Virus record (IMG/VR): IMGVR_UViG_3300028030_000010
Span: 1-64,000 of that record
Source: a virus
DNA: 64,000 nt
Reading direction: 5' to 3' (one strand)
In this document: piece by piece, positions 19,681-30,787 of the stretch
Layout of the letters: every line of letters starts with the position of its first letter
Position numbering within the stretch: the stretch's first letter is position 1
The notes under the pieces: model-generated
Database searches by the model: none
The model's input: only the letters and a program-made list of their open reading frames with translations
Told to the model about the DNA's origin: nothing
Made by a program: the position numbers and the translations under genes

Positions 19681-20604
19681 ATGATCACAAAACAACAAGC
19701 TAAAACTTTCAATAGAATGTTAAACTCTCACAAAGTAGTTGGTGGTATGAAAGGTAAAGTTGCGTTAAAAGTGTATGACCCTCAAGGTAATTTAGTAGAC
19801 ATAGCAACTATGTGGGAAGGGTATGATATAGATGATATTATGTTCAACACATCATTAGAAACCGCAAAAAAAATCATGGCTCGTGTAATGGCTGGAGACA
19901 CAAATTACAAATTAGCAAAGGTTGCTTTTGGTAATTGTGGGCATAACTTTGATAATCCAAAACAAAAGGTTGACCCAACTCCATATGATGTAGAACTAAA
20001 AGCTGCTTCATTAATTAGACAATCATTAGAAGACGATTCTATTGATGATTACACATATACTTACAACGATGTTAAACATAGGATAGTTTATTTAGAAAAA
20101 GATATTCTTCCTGAAAACATTTCATTTGGTCCAGATGGAAAAGAATTTGTGGTAGAAGTGCCTATAACATATAATGATTTTAACTTAAGAAATGGAGCTG
20201 ATCAATCTGATGAAACTTTACCATTCGTTGATAGTATTGTTAGCTATGATATAATCATGTCTGATGGCACTTTAGCAAAACACAGAAATGTTAACTCTGA
20301 CGGAACAATTAAAGATGACGGAAATTACACAGAAGTTTTAAAAACAACTGATAGCGATGACAACACTGTTTATAGATTTAAAAACGGGTTAAATAGTAAT
20401 GGAGAAGTAGACACAGAAAATGGTGGCATCAGACCTCAAGAAATTTCAGAAATTTTATTATGTGCAAACATAACTGGTTCTGGAACAGAAGAAGACCCTT
20501 ATGAAAAATTAGCTAGCTCAAGAATTACTTCTGGTCTATTGGTATTCCCTGAGGGCTTTAATTTTGTTTATCAATGGACATTAAGTTGGAACTTGGTAGA
20601 TTAG
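19681..20604 (+). CDS. Putative baseplate/tail-collar fibre attachment protein
   Basis: IMARVMAG..LAKVAFGN N-terminal and ISEILL...SRIT...YQWTLSW C-terminal pattern; promoter TGATATAAT 19636-19644. Confidence 0.5.
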   Translation: MITKQQAKTFNRMLNSHKVVGGMKGKVALKVYDPQGNLVDIATMWEGYDIDDIMFNTSLETAKKIMARVMAGDTNYKLAKVAFGNCGHNFDNPKQKVDPTPYDVELKAASLIRQSLEDDSIDDYTYTYNDVKHRIVYLEKDILPENISFGPDGKEFVVEVPITYNDFNLRNGADQSDETLPFVDSIVSYDIIMSDGTLAKHRNVNSDGTIKDDGNYTEVLKTTDSDDNTVYRFKNGLNSNGEVDTENGGIRPQEISEILLCANITGSGTEEDPYEKLASSRITSGLLVFPEGFNFVYQWTLSWNLVD

Positions 20605-20605
20605 A

Positions 20606-21046
20606 ATGGTTTATTGCAATATAGAAACTATATTGTTTCCTAGTCGTCTAACATATTCAAAGTTAGACGACCTCATTATTAATGGAGATGATGTTGAATT
20701 TCTAAAAAAAATAGAACAAACTATTGATTTGCAAAAAGTTATTGCTGAAAGGTTAAATGTGAAAATAATCACTCCTCCTAAACCGTATTCAATGTTTAAT
20801 TTAGACGAGATCATAATGGCGATCAATTTTAATTTTCTGGAAATTGAAAAAAAAATAAACGATATTGAAGCTAACAACAGAGAAGATTACATAAATTTTG
20901 ATGAATTCAAAAAAATAGATCTATTTTTTAATGAGTATGGAAAAAATATTACTATCAACATAAATTCTGACTCTGTTTCCATAGAAACAAGTTCCAAGAA
21001 GTTTAAATTAAACATTGAAGATGAAACTATGGAAATAGAATCTTAA
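20606..21046 (+). CDS. Hypothetical protein
   Basis: 146 aa ORF in operon. Confidence 0.65.
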   Translation: MVYCNIETILFPSRLTYSKLDDLIINGDDVEFLKKIEQTIDLQKVIAERLNVKIITPPKPYSMFNLDEIIMAINFNFLEIEKKINDIEANNREDYINFDEFKKIDLFFNEYGKNITININSDSVSIETSSKKFKLNIEDETMEIES

Positions 21047-21054
21047 GGATAAAG

Positions 21055-22074
21055 ATGATTGACATCAATCAGTTTTGTGAAAAAATACAGACTACAAACA
21101 TTACAGATGTAGAAAATGAAAATTTATTTTTTGAAACAGTTTTTCAGGAACAAAAAAGAATATTAAACGATATTTATAAAAGCAAGGTTCTTTTAAAAGA
21201 AATTAAAGAGACATGGAAAGAGAATCCTAAATTAAGCTATAATTTTTTAGTTTACGATAAGAACATAAAACTAAAATCTAATAAATTAACTATCGTAATA
21301 GATTCTGAAATAAAAGAAGAAAATAACTTTGTTAATGAACAGTATTTAGAAGATGTGGTTCAAAATTTTTACCAAAATATCGAAAATGTTTCGAGCTTTA
21401 TTGAGCAAGAAGTAGTTTTATCTTCTAACGGCTCTCCGTTAGTTAACTTAAACTATTTTATCGATAATTATTTAACCATCAAAAAACCTGTTATAACAGA
21501 TTGTGTAATTGAACAACAAACAATAGAAGAAATTGGTGATAACAATTTAATAGGATTAATTGATTGTTACACATACATAATTCCAATTAAAACTATTATT
21601 GACCTTACTGACAAAAATATAAAAAACTTAGATAACACGATGTCCTTAACTAAGGACTCTTTTCGTTTTTTACGTCTAAAGATTATTGATTCGCCAGTAA
21701 CATCAATATATTTAACCCAATCATCATTATATCTTAATAATGCAACCACAAAAGAATTATACATAACTAATCAGAATAATTACATTTTAGATGAAATTGT
21801 TGTTTCGGATGAGCTTGAAGAAAAATCAAACTTTTTAAAAACCATTACACTTTTTAAAATTTTTGAGGAAACTAAAGCAAAAAAAAATTGGACTGTTCCT
21901 GAGTTAATTAAAACAGATTCAAATCAAACTGGATTATCAAATAAGATAATAGAAGCTGTAAGAAAAAATGAGACGTTAGATACAAATGAATTAGTTAGTT
22001 ATGAGGAATTAGAATTAGCTATGGAACATATTATATCTGAATTAACAACAATTACAGAGGTGTGCAATGAATAA
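21055..22074 (+). CDS. Hypothetical protein
   Basis: 339 aa ORF, AAGGA RBS. Confidence 0.7.
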   Translation: MIDINQFCEKIQTTNITDVENENLFFETVFQEQKRILNDIYKSKVLLKEIKETWKENPKLSYNFLVYDKNIKLKSNKLTIVIDSEIKEENNFVNEQYLEDVVQNFYQNIENVSSFIEQEVVLSSNGSPLVNLNYFIDNYLTIKKPVITDCVIEQQTIEEIGDNNLIGLIDCYTYIIPIKTIIDLTDKNIKNLDNTMSLTKDSFRFLRLKIIDSPVTSIYLTQSSLYLNNATTKELYITNQNNYILDEIVVSDELEEKSNFLKTITLFKIFEETKAKKNWTVPELIKTDSNQTGLSNKIIEAVRKNETLDTNELVSYEELELAMEHIISELTTITEVCNE

Positions 22075-23101
22075 AAAACTTCAACTTGTTATACAAGAGT
22101 ATGAGAAGCTTAAAAAGCAATTGATTCCTGTAACAAAAGTTACATTAGAAGGCGATAATTTAATTTTTTTTCAAAATCAGCCTTTAAAAGAACTAAAAGA
22201 CAATCAGTCTATAAATTTTGAAAATATAGGAGAAATGGTTGAGTATTTGATAAAGGATATTTTAGAGTATGTGGAAAGTATTAAAAATTTGTCTACTGCA
22301 ATAAATCGAGAAAACGACTTAAATAAGGAATACTTAATAATAAACACTAGCGATTCTACTTTCCTGAAATTAAATCCTATTTCTCCAGACACTTATTATG
22401 CGTACAATTTAATTAATTATAAAGATATAGCTGAATTTAGAACTTTAATTGATCAAGTAATGGTTAAAACAAACTTTATTTTACAAAGAGAAAATGGCAC
22501 TTCTGTAAATATAGAGCCAATCGTAATGTTACTAGATGCATCAAACAAAACAATTAAACGTTTTACCGAAAATTTGCCCTTTAGCATCACTTCTATTTTT
22601 AGCCTGATTTTAATAGGCATTAAAACAAAAGAAAAATTAACAAAAGATGAAAAACTAAAAATTGTTTCTGATTATTCTATAGAGCTTAGATTTAATTCTT
22701 TAAAAAAAGAAATTTACAATGGAAAGTTATATGATTTTGAAGTTATTCAAGTCCCTGAAACTATTAATGAAGAAGTAATATTTGTTTTTAACTTAATTGA
22801 TTTATTTAAAAACATTGTAGATGTTAAAACATTCAAAAATAAAGAATATAGTTTGAGTTCTAACAATCAGACATTTGGAGATGTAGAAAATGATTTTTTG
22901 AAGATTGTAAAAATAAATGAAGAAATTATTCCCGTATCTATCTGGGAAAGAATATTTGTTTATAAAGATTTCAACAGATACAAATTACCCTTTGATATGA
23001 AATTTCAGATTTACAAATCTCCATCTAAAGGAGAATATGTTTATTTTCCGTCTGGAGCAGACTTGGTAAAAAAACTCAAGGAGACAATAGATGAAATTTG
23101 A
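22067..23101 (+). CDS. Hypothetical protein
   Basis: 344 aa ORF, overlapping coupling. Confidence 0.7.
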   Translation: MNKKLQLVIQEYEKLKKQLIPVTKVTLEGDNLIFFQNQPLKELKDNQSINFENIGEMVEYLIKDILEYVESIKNLSTAINRENDLNKEYLIINTSDSTFLKLNPISPDTYYAYNLINYKDIAEFRTLIDQVMVKTNFILQRENGTSVNIEPIVMLLDASNKTIKRFTENLPFSITSIFSLILIGIKTKEKLTKDEKLKIVSDYSIELRFNSLKKEIYNGKLYDFEVIQVPETINEEVIFVFNLIDLFKNIVDVKTFKNKEYSLSSNNQTFGDVENDFLKIVKINEEIIPVSIWERIFVYKDFNRYKLPFDMKFQIYKSPSKGEYVYFPSGADLVKKLKETIDEI

Positions 23102-24341
23102 GATGAAATATATGTTTTATTTAGATGATTTTTGCATGTCTGCTCAATTTGTTGTTGAACAGTTAAATTATTTGGAAAACACTATCAGTTCCTTTCTATC
23201 AAAAAAAAAGCCAATTGTTTATATAGGAAACAAAACTAACAATATTTACATTTATCAGAGTTTATTCAACAGGCACGATAGTTCATTTGAATTTAGTGAA
23301 TTGCGTGTCGAGTTCAATAAAAACTTAAATATTTTAGTTAATTACAACCAAACTGTTTTAGAAGAATCTCTATTTTTAAAAGATTATACTTTTCATTTGT
23401 TTGAATCTTTAGACAAAGTTTTTATTAATAAAAATATAAACACTGCTTCTGTAAACTGGTTTTATACACACGATATCAAAACCAGTGACATTAAAGATAA
23501 TAGTTTCTTTTCTATTGAAATAGCTAATTTATTGTTTTACAAAAACAAAAATGAACTTTTCAAATCTGTCGAGGTAACTAAAGAAATAAATAATTTACCT
23601 ACAAAGAAAAATTTATCGGAACAATTTAATTTGTTAACAAGCAAAACTATTGTGTGTGAAATAAGAGGCTTCCAAGGGGATAATGCGTCTTTACAAGATA
23701 TAGATTTTAAAAGCAAAATTCCAATAGAAATAAACACAGAAGTCATAACATCAAATAATATAATAGAGGATTTGTCAAACATAGAAACAAATAATTCTTT
23801 TTTTATAAGAAGAGATTTAACAAATGTTGAACAATTGAAGATAAAAGACAAAGAAATATTAGAAGATGATGATGTTTTAAACACTAAAGAAATTAACAAT
23901 CTGTTAAAGAATTACAAGGATATAAATGATTATACAATTGATTCGTCTTATTCTGTAAAAAATTCTACAGAAAGTAATCATGCTGCAACAGCTAGCAAAG
24001 TTGTTTCTATTATTAAAACATATTTAGAAGAATTTTACTTTTCGACAATTGAGAAATCAATTGACAATCTACCCACAACTAATGTATTGAAATTGATAAA
24101 ATTTTACGAGGATAAAATTAAAGAAATAAAATCTGAATATCTTTTGTTAGAGGACTATTCTTTAACAGAATTTCATACTCACAATAACTATTGTTTAAAA
24201 ACAAGTAATCCTTTAACTTTTACTCTTCAAAAGAAATGTATAGATGCTAAAATTTCTATTGAAGATAGCAATAAAGTTATGACCAAAAATGTTTTAAAAT
24301 GTTGGCTAAAACAATGTTTAGATGAAAGGGCAAGCCTATGA
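23091..24341 (+). CDS. Hypothetical protein
   Basis: 416 aa ORF. Confidence 0.7.
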   Translation: MKFEMKYMFYLDDFCMSAQFVVEQLNYLENTISSFLSKKKPIVYIGNKTNNIYIYQSLFNRHDSSFEFSELRVEFNKNLNILVNYNQTVLEESLFLKDYTFHLFESLDKVFINKNINTASVNWFYTHDIKTSDIKDNSFFSIEIANLLFYKNKNELFKSVEVTKEINNLPTKKNLSEQFNLLTSKTIVCEIRGFQGDNASLQDIDFKSKIPIEINTEVITSNNIIEDLSNIETNNSFFIRRDLTNVEQLKIKDKEILEDDDVLNTKEINNLLKNYKDINDYTIDSSYSVKNSTESNHAATASKVVSIIKTYLEEFYFSTIEKSIDNLPTTNVLKLIKFYEDKIKEIKSEYLLLEDYSLTEFHTHNNYCLKTSNPLTFTLQKKCIDAKISIEDSNKVMTKNVLKCWLKQCLDERASL

Positions 24342-24757
24342 CATATATAGACTTTCATAACCTAAATCACATAAAACCAATGGCCATTTTTAAAGCCTTA
24401 CTTGATTTGTCAAATTTTAGACAAATTGCTAATACAAAATGCAAAGTGTATAAATACATTGCATTATCCTTTATATTACTATTTAAAAAAGATATCTTTT
24501 TTACAAAGGAAAAAAGTGATGAGGTTAATATAAATCTGCAAGAGTTGTTAAAATCGCTAAAAAGCAATCGCAATATTAGCAGAATAGTTTCTGAAATAAA
24601 AAAAACAAAAGAATGTGTTTTTCTTCCTGAATTAGTTGATCTCGTAGATCAAGACGATTGGTTGTCGTTGTTGCATATTTTAAAATCAGCAAACAAGTTA
24701 GATTGCGTAAAAGATGCATTGGATTATTTAAAAAGCAATTTTAAGGACTACGAATGA
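24338..24757 (+). CDS. Hypothetical protein
   Basis: 139 aa ORF, ATGA coupling. Confidence 0.65.
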   Translation: MTYIDFHNLNHIKPMAIFKALLDLSNFRQIANTKCKVYKYIALSFILLFKKDIFFTKEKSDEVNINLQELLKSLKSNRNISRIVSEIKKTKECVFLPELVDLVDQDDWLSLLHILKSANKLDCVKDALDYLKSNFKDYE

Positions 24758-25194
24758 AAATAGAAATAGTTTCTCTTGATAAATATGTTTTTAATGATTC
24801 TGTAAAACTTTTGCAAAGATTTTATAAAGAATTTAAAGGTGAGCTTATACATAGGATAGAAGCAGAAGAGATTTTAAAAAATCCAAACAACCAAACATAT
24901 GTTTTATTAGTAGAAAATGAAGTAAGAGGATTATATGTTTTTCAACCATTCAATGAAGTGTATATAGTTAAAGCATTTATTTTACACCCATTGGTGAGAA
25001 GAACAAAAACTGGATATAGACTTTGGAAACATATGAAAGAGAAATTAAGCAAAAAACCTGCTATAATAGGAATTATTAGAAACAATAACCTTATTAAATC
25101 TATAATCAAAAAAAGAGGCCATTACATTGGAAGCGGTCTAGACAATGAGGGGCACGCATTAGATTTTTACAACTTATCTTTTAAAGGAATGTAA
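24754..25194 (+). CDS. GNAT-family acetyltransferase
   Basis: Motif A-like FILHPLVRRTKTGYRLW, motif B-like NNNLIKSIIKKRG, 146 aa. Confidence 0.7.
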   Translation: MKIEIVSLDKYVFNDSVKLLQRFYKEFKGELIHRIEAEEILKNPNNQTYVLLVENEVRGLYVFQPFNEVYIVKAFILHPLVRRTKTGYRLWKHMKEKLSKKPAIIGIIRNNNLIKSIIKKRGHYIGSGLDNEGHALDFYNLSFKGM

Positions 25195-26960
25195 TGCAAG
25201 GAACAGCTGGAGTAATTTTATTAAATTCATTAATGCCAAAAGATATCCAATTCGACCCTAAAAAACCAATAACAAAAAAAATATACACTCAAAAACTGTC
25301 GGAGTTTGCTTCAAAATACCCTGAACTCTACAAAGAAAGAATCCATGAAATTACAGCTTTGGCAGAAAAGATGGCATTTTATTTAGGAGCAAATGTTGGT
25401 ACAAAAGACTTAAAAATAGCTGAAAAAGAAGTTGAAAAACATATAAAGGAAATTGAGAAATCATTTAACAAAGCAAAATCTGTAAAAGAAAAAAAGAAAA
25501 TTCTAATGAAAGCTTTTAATGAAGCTCAAGAAACTATAAAAAAGATGGAAGATCCTAACAATGAAATGCTTTTACAAATCAAATCTTCCGCAAGAGGTAA
25601 ACCAGCTCAATTTGCAAGAATGTCTTGGGCACCTTTTTATGCAGTAGACATGGATCAAACCCCAAAGCCTATTTTGATTAAAAACAATTTCGTTAAAGGT
25701 TTAAATCCTCAAGAATATTTTGCTGTTGCAGCACAAGGAAGATTCTCAGCCGTTCAAACAGCAAATGCAACTTCAGAACCTGGAGAGTTTGGAAAAGTAT
25801 TAGTAGCAAACACAGATGACCAGGTCATCACAATGAAAGATTGTGGCACAAAAAATGGAATTTGCATGGATCCTCAAGACCATCATATAGTTGGTAGATT
25901 TGAAGCTGGAACCAATAAACTAATTGATGAAGAGTATTGGAAAAAACTTAAAAATGATAAAAACATTAAATGTGTAAAAGTTAGAAGCCCTATAACATGT
26001 GAAGCACCAAGAGGAATATGTGCGATGTGTTATGGACTAAAGCCTGACGGTAGACTTCCATCTATAGGAGAGGAAGTAGGTATAGTAGCTGCACAAAGCA
26101 TTGGCGAACCTTTAACTCAGATGGTTTTAAGCACTAAACATAGCGTAGGAGCAAAAGAAGAAGATCCTCATAAATTGCAAGGCATGGAAGGTTTTAAAAT
26201 AGTGGTTAATTCTCCTGATAGATTTAAACAAAAAGCCCCAGTAGCACCTAGATCTGGAATCGTTACCAAAATAGAAGCATCACCTCAAGGTGGTTATCTG
26301 ATTTATATAGGTGACGCCAAGAAACCTGTACACGTAGATGCTGGTAAGAAGATTTTGGTTAAAAAGGGGGATTATGTATACAAAGGGCAACAATTATCAG
26401 AAGGAGTCGCATCGGTAAAAGATGTACTACAAACTAGAGGTCTTGGTGCTGCACGTAAACATGAAGCCGATTTATTACATGAAACATTTTTAAATTCTAC
26501 AGGTAGAGACTTGAATAAAAAACATTTTGAAGTTATTGCTAGAGGACATTTATCTTTAGGTAAAGATGAATTAGGAGATATAGCTGATGTAAATGCTGCA
26601 CTAAAAAACTACCCAAGCATAAAAATGAAAAAGATGGTTTCTCCAGAATTAGCTAACGGAAAATATTATTTAGCAGAAAGTGTAGATGTGTTTTTAAAAG
26701 GAACTCCAATTGATGATTTTGTAATAAAAACCTTACAAATGCACAATATACACCAAATATATGTCACAGAACAAAAGCCTCCTGTAAAACCTATTTACAA
26801 AACATTAGTAATGCGCCCTAACTTTAACAGAAATCTATTTGCAAAACTTAACTATAGGTATCTACAAAAAGCTATGTTAGATGAAGTAAAAAGAGGCAAA
26901 GGATTTAAAACAGAAGATATTGTTTCTGGAAGAGAAAAACATACCGCCCATAAATTATAG
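25194..26960 (+). CDS. Phage multi-subunit RNA polymerase, beta-prime C-terminal half
   Basis: SSARGK, NFVKGLNPQEYF, bridge helix QGRFSAVQTANATSEPGEFGKVLV, DCGT, VRSPITC...GICAMCYG zinc site, trigger loop AAQSIGEPLTQMVLSTKH, KHFEVIAR. Confidence 0.93.
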   Translation: MQGTAGVILLNSLMPKDIQFDPKKPITKKIYTQKLSEFASKYPELYKERIHEITALAEKMAFYLGANVGTKDLKIAEKEVEKHIKEIEKSFNKAKSVKEKKKILMKAFNEAQETIKKMEDPNNEMLLQIKSSARGKPAQFARMSWAPFYAVDMDQTPKPILIKNNFVKGLNPQEYFAVAAQGRFSAVQTANATSEPGEFGKVLVANTDDQVITMKDCGTKNGICMDPQDHHIVGRFEAGTNKLIDEEYWKKLKNDKNIKCVKVRSPITCEAPRGICAMCYGLKPDGRLPSIGEEVGIVAAQSIGEPLTQMVLSTKHSVGAKEEDPHKLQGMEGFKIVVNSPDRFKQKAPVAPRSGIVTKIEASPQGGYLIYIGDAKKPVHVDAGKKILVKKGDYVYKGQQLSEGVASVKDVLQTRGLGAARKHEADLLHETFLNSTGRDLNKKHFEVIARGHLSLGKDELGDIADVNAALKNYPSIKMKKMVSPELANGKYYLAESVDVFLKGTPIDDFVIKTLQMHNIHQIYVTEQKPPVKPIYKTLVMRPNFNRNLFAKLNYRYLQKAMLDEVKRGKGFKTEDIVSGREKHTAHKL

Positions 26961-26987
26961 TATAATTCCTAAAAAAAGGATTGAAAA

Positions 26988-27686
26988 ATGGCGGTTTTTT
27001 TCTCTAACATCCCACTCACAAAAGAAACTCCTCAACCAACTATATTAGAATTGTTTGTTGCAAACGATAGTGCTTTCTCTATATTAGATAGAACTAATGA
27101 AGTTTATGAAAACAAATCCAAATTGATTAGAGATTTTGAGTTTGTTAAAAAGCCTTTCAATGAATATCAAATTCATTTGATACCTCCTGTAAAATCTGAT
27201 GGATTGATTTTAGGACTTTTTATAGCAGAAGGGTTTGATTTTGAAATACAAACACAAAAAGAGCCAATTTTTAAAATTGAAAAAAACAAGTTGGAACTTT
27301 CTCTAAAAGAATTTTATGACCCAAATGAAAAAATAAAAAAAGCAACAATTGGCTTGTTCTTTCCTGGTACTGTAATTAGATATAAAATAAATGGAATACC
27401 ATATAAAGATATATTAACTGAAAGAGGATGGACTTCTAAAAGAGAGACTAAATCTGTTAGTGAAGTAGCTAAGAGCTCTAAAAATGAAACCCTAGACGAA
27501 TTAGAAACAAAAGAAGCGATTAAATATGCTGAAGAGTTAATGAAGAAGGGAGAGATTAGTAAAGATTTATTTGAAAGATATAAGATTTTTAGATTAGGGT
27601 ATGATGAAGGCTCAAAAAATGGTAAAATACTTTTTAATGCTTTAACAAAAGATGAAGTTAAACTTTTAAAAGAGAAAGGGTTATAA
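26988..27686 (+). CDS. Hypothetical protein
   Basis: 232 aa; TATAAT at 26961-26966 and AAAAGGA RBS. Confidence 0.7.
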   Translation: MAVFFSNIPLTKETPQPTILELFVANDSAFSILDRTNEVYENKSKLIRDFEFVKKPFNEYQIHLIPPVKSDGLILGLFIAEGFDFEIQTQKEPIFKIEKNKLELSLKEFYDPNEKIKKATIGLFFPGTVIRYKINGIPYKDILTERGWTSKRETKSVSEVAKSSKNETLDELETKEAIKYAEELMKKGEISKDLFERYKIFRLGYDEGSKNGKILFNALTKDEVKLLKEKGL

Positions 27687-29959
27687 TGAAAAGGAAAAAA
27701 TCTGAACAATTCAAAGAAGCGTTAAACCAAACATTTCTATACAAAAAAGCAGATGATGATGTTAATGCTAATATTGCAGAATTGGTTAATGAAGAGGCTT
27801 TTGCTCAGTTGTCAAAAAAATACTCGGATATAATTCCTTATATTATCGGGTTTAAAGAAGTTGAAAAAATAGATGATGGTACTTTATTGTCAAGTGCAGT
27901 AGTAAGCGATGGAGAGAACAGGTTAATTATTCCGATAATATATGCTGGTGGAAAAGTTGATGCCACTTCTTATATTTATAATCCTGATACAGACATAATT
28001 TTTGCCTTAACAAAAAAAGTTATCAACTTTCTTTTTAAAACTAATAAAGATTTAGGTGTAGCAATTGATGGTCAAAATAATAGCACTTTGGATGCTGGTA
28101 ATATTAGAAAGCTATTCATTCCTCCTAAAAATTGGTCTCCAAAGATAGCTAGTAGCAACTTGTTACCATATTTAGTAGAAACTCAACCAATCATTAAAGG
28201 GTTATTGTTAGAAAAAATAGCAACTGATGAAACATTTTCTCAAATATTTAAAATTTTCTACCATGATATGGCTGAAGAGCTAGAAAAAGAAGCACAACAA
28301 TTTAAAGCGTTTATAGAAACTCCTGAAATAGTTGCTTCTTCATTTGAAGAAGTAAGACATAATAACAATGTATTAAACAAAGAAGCAGCTGCTCAGGAAT
28401 ATGCAGAAAATGGAATATACATTCAACATGGAGAAAAATTACCTTCTAAAAGCTTAATTAAAGTTGCCAGTGGAGATGCTCCTATCAAACAAGCATTAAA
28501 TAGTGATGATATAGAAATTGTAGGAAAAAAAAGTGGATGTTTCAAAGTTGTCAACTCTTCTAATTTAACAGTTGATTTTGTGTTAAGTCTCCCTTTATTT
28601 AAGGGAGGGCCTAAAAACTATATTTTAGACTTCTTAGGTTCAGAATATTATAATGATTATTTTGATTTCATAGGAAAAGAAGATGAAAATTGTTTTGCTG
28701 CAAAAACAAACCTAATGGAAGTGTCACCACAAAATCTATTATCGCATTTACCAAATGTAGTAATTGTTTTAATGCAAAATCAAACAAGATTTTTAGGTTT
28801 CATTCCTGTTATTAAGAAAAACCTAACTGAAAACAATATCCAGTTAATTTATAGCAACTCTAATACAATCGTAATAAATGTTTCTTACGGAAGAATAAAA
28901 AGAATAGTTGTTGAAAAAAATTCTGACAAAAATCCTATGGAAGTTGGTAATGTGCTTATAGTAGGAGATAAGAATATAGGTCTATATCTGACAGATAAAG
29001 ACCCAAGAAAATATATGACATACGATGAATATGTTGCAAGAACTAAATACAACACTAATTCAAGCACTGAGATAATTAAAGTTGCATATGACGGTTCTCA
29101 TTATGTTTTCAACAATAGATTATTAACACAAAAAGAATTAGCATCTTTCTTGCTTAAAGAAGGATTTGATAAATACAGCATATATTCACTTTTAAAAGAA
29201 GCTAAATCAAATGGAGAAGCAGAAGCTAAAGCGATTTCTGCAAAAATAGACACATTAGCTCAATTAATTGCAACAACTCTTGGGGAGCTTAAAAAGTTAG
29301 AAGGTAAGGTTGAAGCACTTACTCAAGGAACTCAGTTTGTTGAAAACAATGATTTGTATCAGTATACAGAGCCTATTGCGAGCGAAGACAATTACAATGA
29401 AAGCGAAACAACTCAAGAATCTCCTCAATTAGACGAACAAACAGCAGCAGCTATACAAATGGATGCCATGAATGCACCTCAACAAGATGTTCCAACATTT
29501 TCTATGTATGATGAGGGGAAACAAATAGAAGACATTCCTGAAGAACCAGGTATAGAATATCCTCAAGCTCAAACTGAAGAAGATGCGAGCCAAGAAAATC
29601 AAGGATTAGTAAATGGTATGAATCCTTTGGCTAACCCTGATGTTATTCAAATGTTAGTGTCTTTAAAAGATACTCCAATAATGGATGTAAGCATCTTAAC
29701 ATTGCTTTTAGCTAACAAAAATGTATCGTTAGTTATTCAGGATCAATTAGCAAATATTTTAAATGGTATAAATGGTTTAGGTAAAATAACTTTCAATGTT
29801 CAACTAAATTACACATCTTTAAGTGAGTCAATGGGAGATAACAGATACAAATCTGTGTTAAACAATCTGAAAAGTCTATTTAAAAATATGACAGATTTAT
29901 ATGTTGACTTAGTTCAAAAAAGCGAACAATTTAAAACTCAGGAAGAAGATGAAGAATAA
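27686..29959 (+). CDS. Large putative inner-head protein with K-x-A motifs and an acidic low-complexity linker
   Basis: LYKKAD, PKIAS, LEKIAT, LEKEAQ, LNKEAA, LIKVAS, IIKVAY, LLKEAK. Confidence 0.5.
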   Translation: MKRKKSEQFKEALNQTFLYKKADDDVNANIAELVNEEAFAQLSKKYSDIIPYIIGFKEVEKIDDGTLLSSAVVSDGENRLIIPIIYAGGKVDATSYIYNPDTDIIFALTKKVINFLFKTNKDLGVAIDGQNNSTLDAGNIRKLFIPPKNWSPKIASSNLLPYLVETQPIIKGLLLEKIATDETFSQIFKIFYHDMAEELEKEAQQFKAFIETPEIVASSFEEVRHNNNVLNKEAAAQEYAENGIYIQHGEKLPSKSLIKVASGDAPIKQALNSDDIEIVGKKSGCFKVVNSSNLTVDFVLSLPLFKGGPKNYILDFLGSEYYNDYFDFIGKEDENCFAAKTNLMEVSPQNLLSHLPNVVIVLMQNQTRFLGFIPVIKKNLTENNIQLIYSNSNTIVINVSYGRIKRIVVEKNSDKNPMEVGNVLIVGDKNIGLYLTDKDPRKYMTYDEYVARTKYNTNSSTEIIKVAYDGSHYVFNNRLLTQKELASFLLKEGFDKYSIYSLLKEAKSNGEAEAKAISAKIDTLAQLIATTLGELKKLEGKVEALTQGTQFVENNDLYQYTEPIASEDNYNESETTQESPQLDEQTAAAIQMDAMNAPQQDVPTFSMYDEGKQIEDIPEEPGIEYPQAQTEEDASQENQGLVNGMNPLANPDVIQMLVSLKDTPIMDVSILTLLLANKNVSLVIQDQLANILNGINGLGKITFNVQLNYTSLSESMGDNRYKSVLNNLKSLFKNMTDLYVDLVQKSEQFKTQEEDEE

Positions 29960-30731
29960 CTTCATCTCTTTTTTTGACCCCTATGGAAATATTGTTATTA
30001 AACCTTCTGATAAAGAAGATAAAAAAATATGCACTCTTTTTAGTAAAATATTAAAAGGTGAGCATAAAGCATATTCTAAGTTATCAGATTTACATAAAGA
30101 AGTAATTGATTATAGAATTAATTTTTTTGCAAAAGAAGCAATAGAGAGTTTTCTTTTTTGTGAAGATATTTCTTTATCAGAAATTGCTGAAATCTTGGAA
30201 ACACAGCAAGATGTTATAGAAGAATATGGATATTGGTTTTGCAATGTGGGAAAAATAAAAACATACTTTCAAAAAAAAATATGGATAGAAACACAATTAA
30301 AAGAAATAAAAGAAAAATTAGAGCTTACTGGCTATAGAGATGAAATTCTATTAAATGAACTAAAATCGATTTTATTTAAACGATGGGCTTTGTTGTTAGG
30401 TAAAGAATTTGTGATTTGGAAGTTTGGATTAAAAAAAATAACTGTCTCTCCCTCTAATTTTTTAGAAACAATAGCTAAAGAAGCTTTTTTCCACTACAAA
30501 GAAATATCTTTATCAGAGAAAGATTTAGAGCACAATGAATATGCAAAACTCATAAATAGTTTAGTAAAAACTATAAAAGAAATCAATAGTGTTATGTCAC
30601 AATCGGCTAATAATGATGATATTGTGACTTCAATCAAAGAAGCATTAGAAGTTGTATTAGTTGAAGAAGAACCTAAAAAGCAAATTCCACAATTAGATGG
30701 TGATATTGTTTGCAATTCAAAAATTAATTAA
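29949..30731 (+). CDS. Helical protein with HTH-like segment (possible small terminase or DNA-binding protein)
   Basis: ISLSEIAEILETQQDVIEEY HTH-like pattern. Confidence 0.35.
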   Translation: MKNNFISFFDPYGNIVIKPSDKEDKKICTLFSKILKGEHKAYSKLSDLHKEVIDYRINFFAKEAIESFLFCEDISLSEIAEILETQQDVIEEYGYWFCNVGKIKTYFQKKIWIETQLKEIKEKLELTGYRDEILLNELKSILFKRWALLLGKEFVIWKFGLKKITVSPSNFLETIAKEAFFHYKEISLSEKDLEHNEYAKLINSLVKTIKEINSVMSQSANNDDIVTSIKEALEVVLVEEEPKKQIPQLDGDIVCNSKIN

Positions 30732-30787
30732 TTTTCTTTCAAAAAAATGTTGATTTTTTGTATAATAGCATAAAAAAAGGATGAAAC

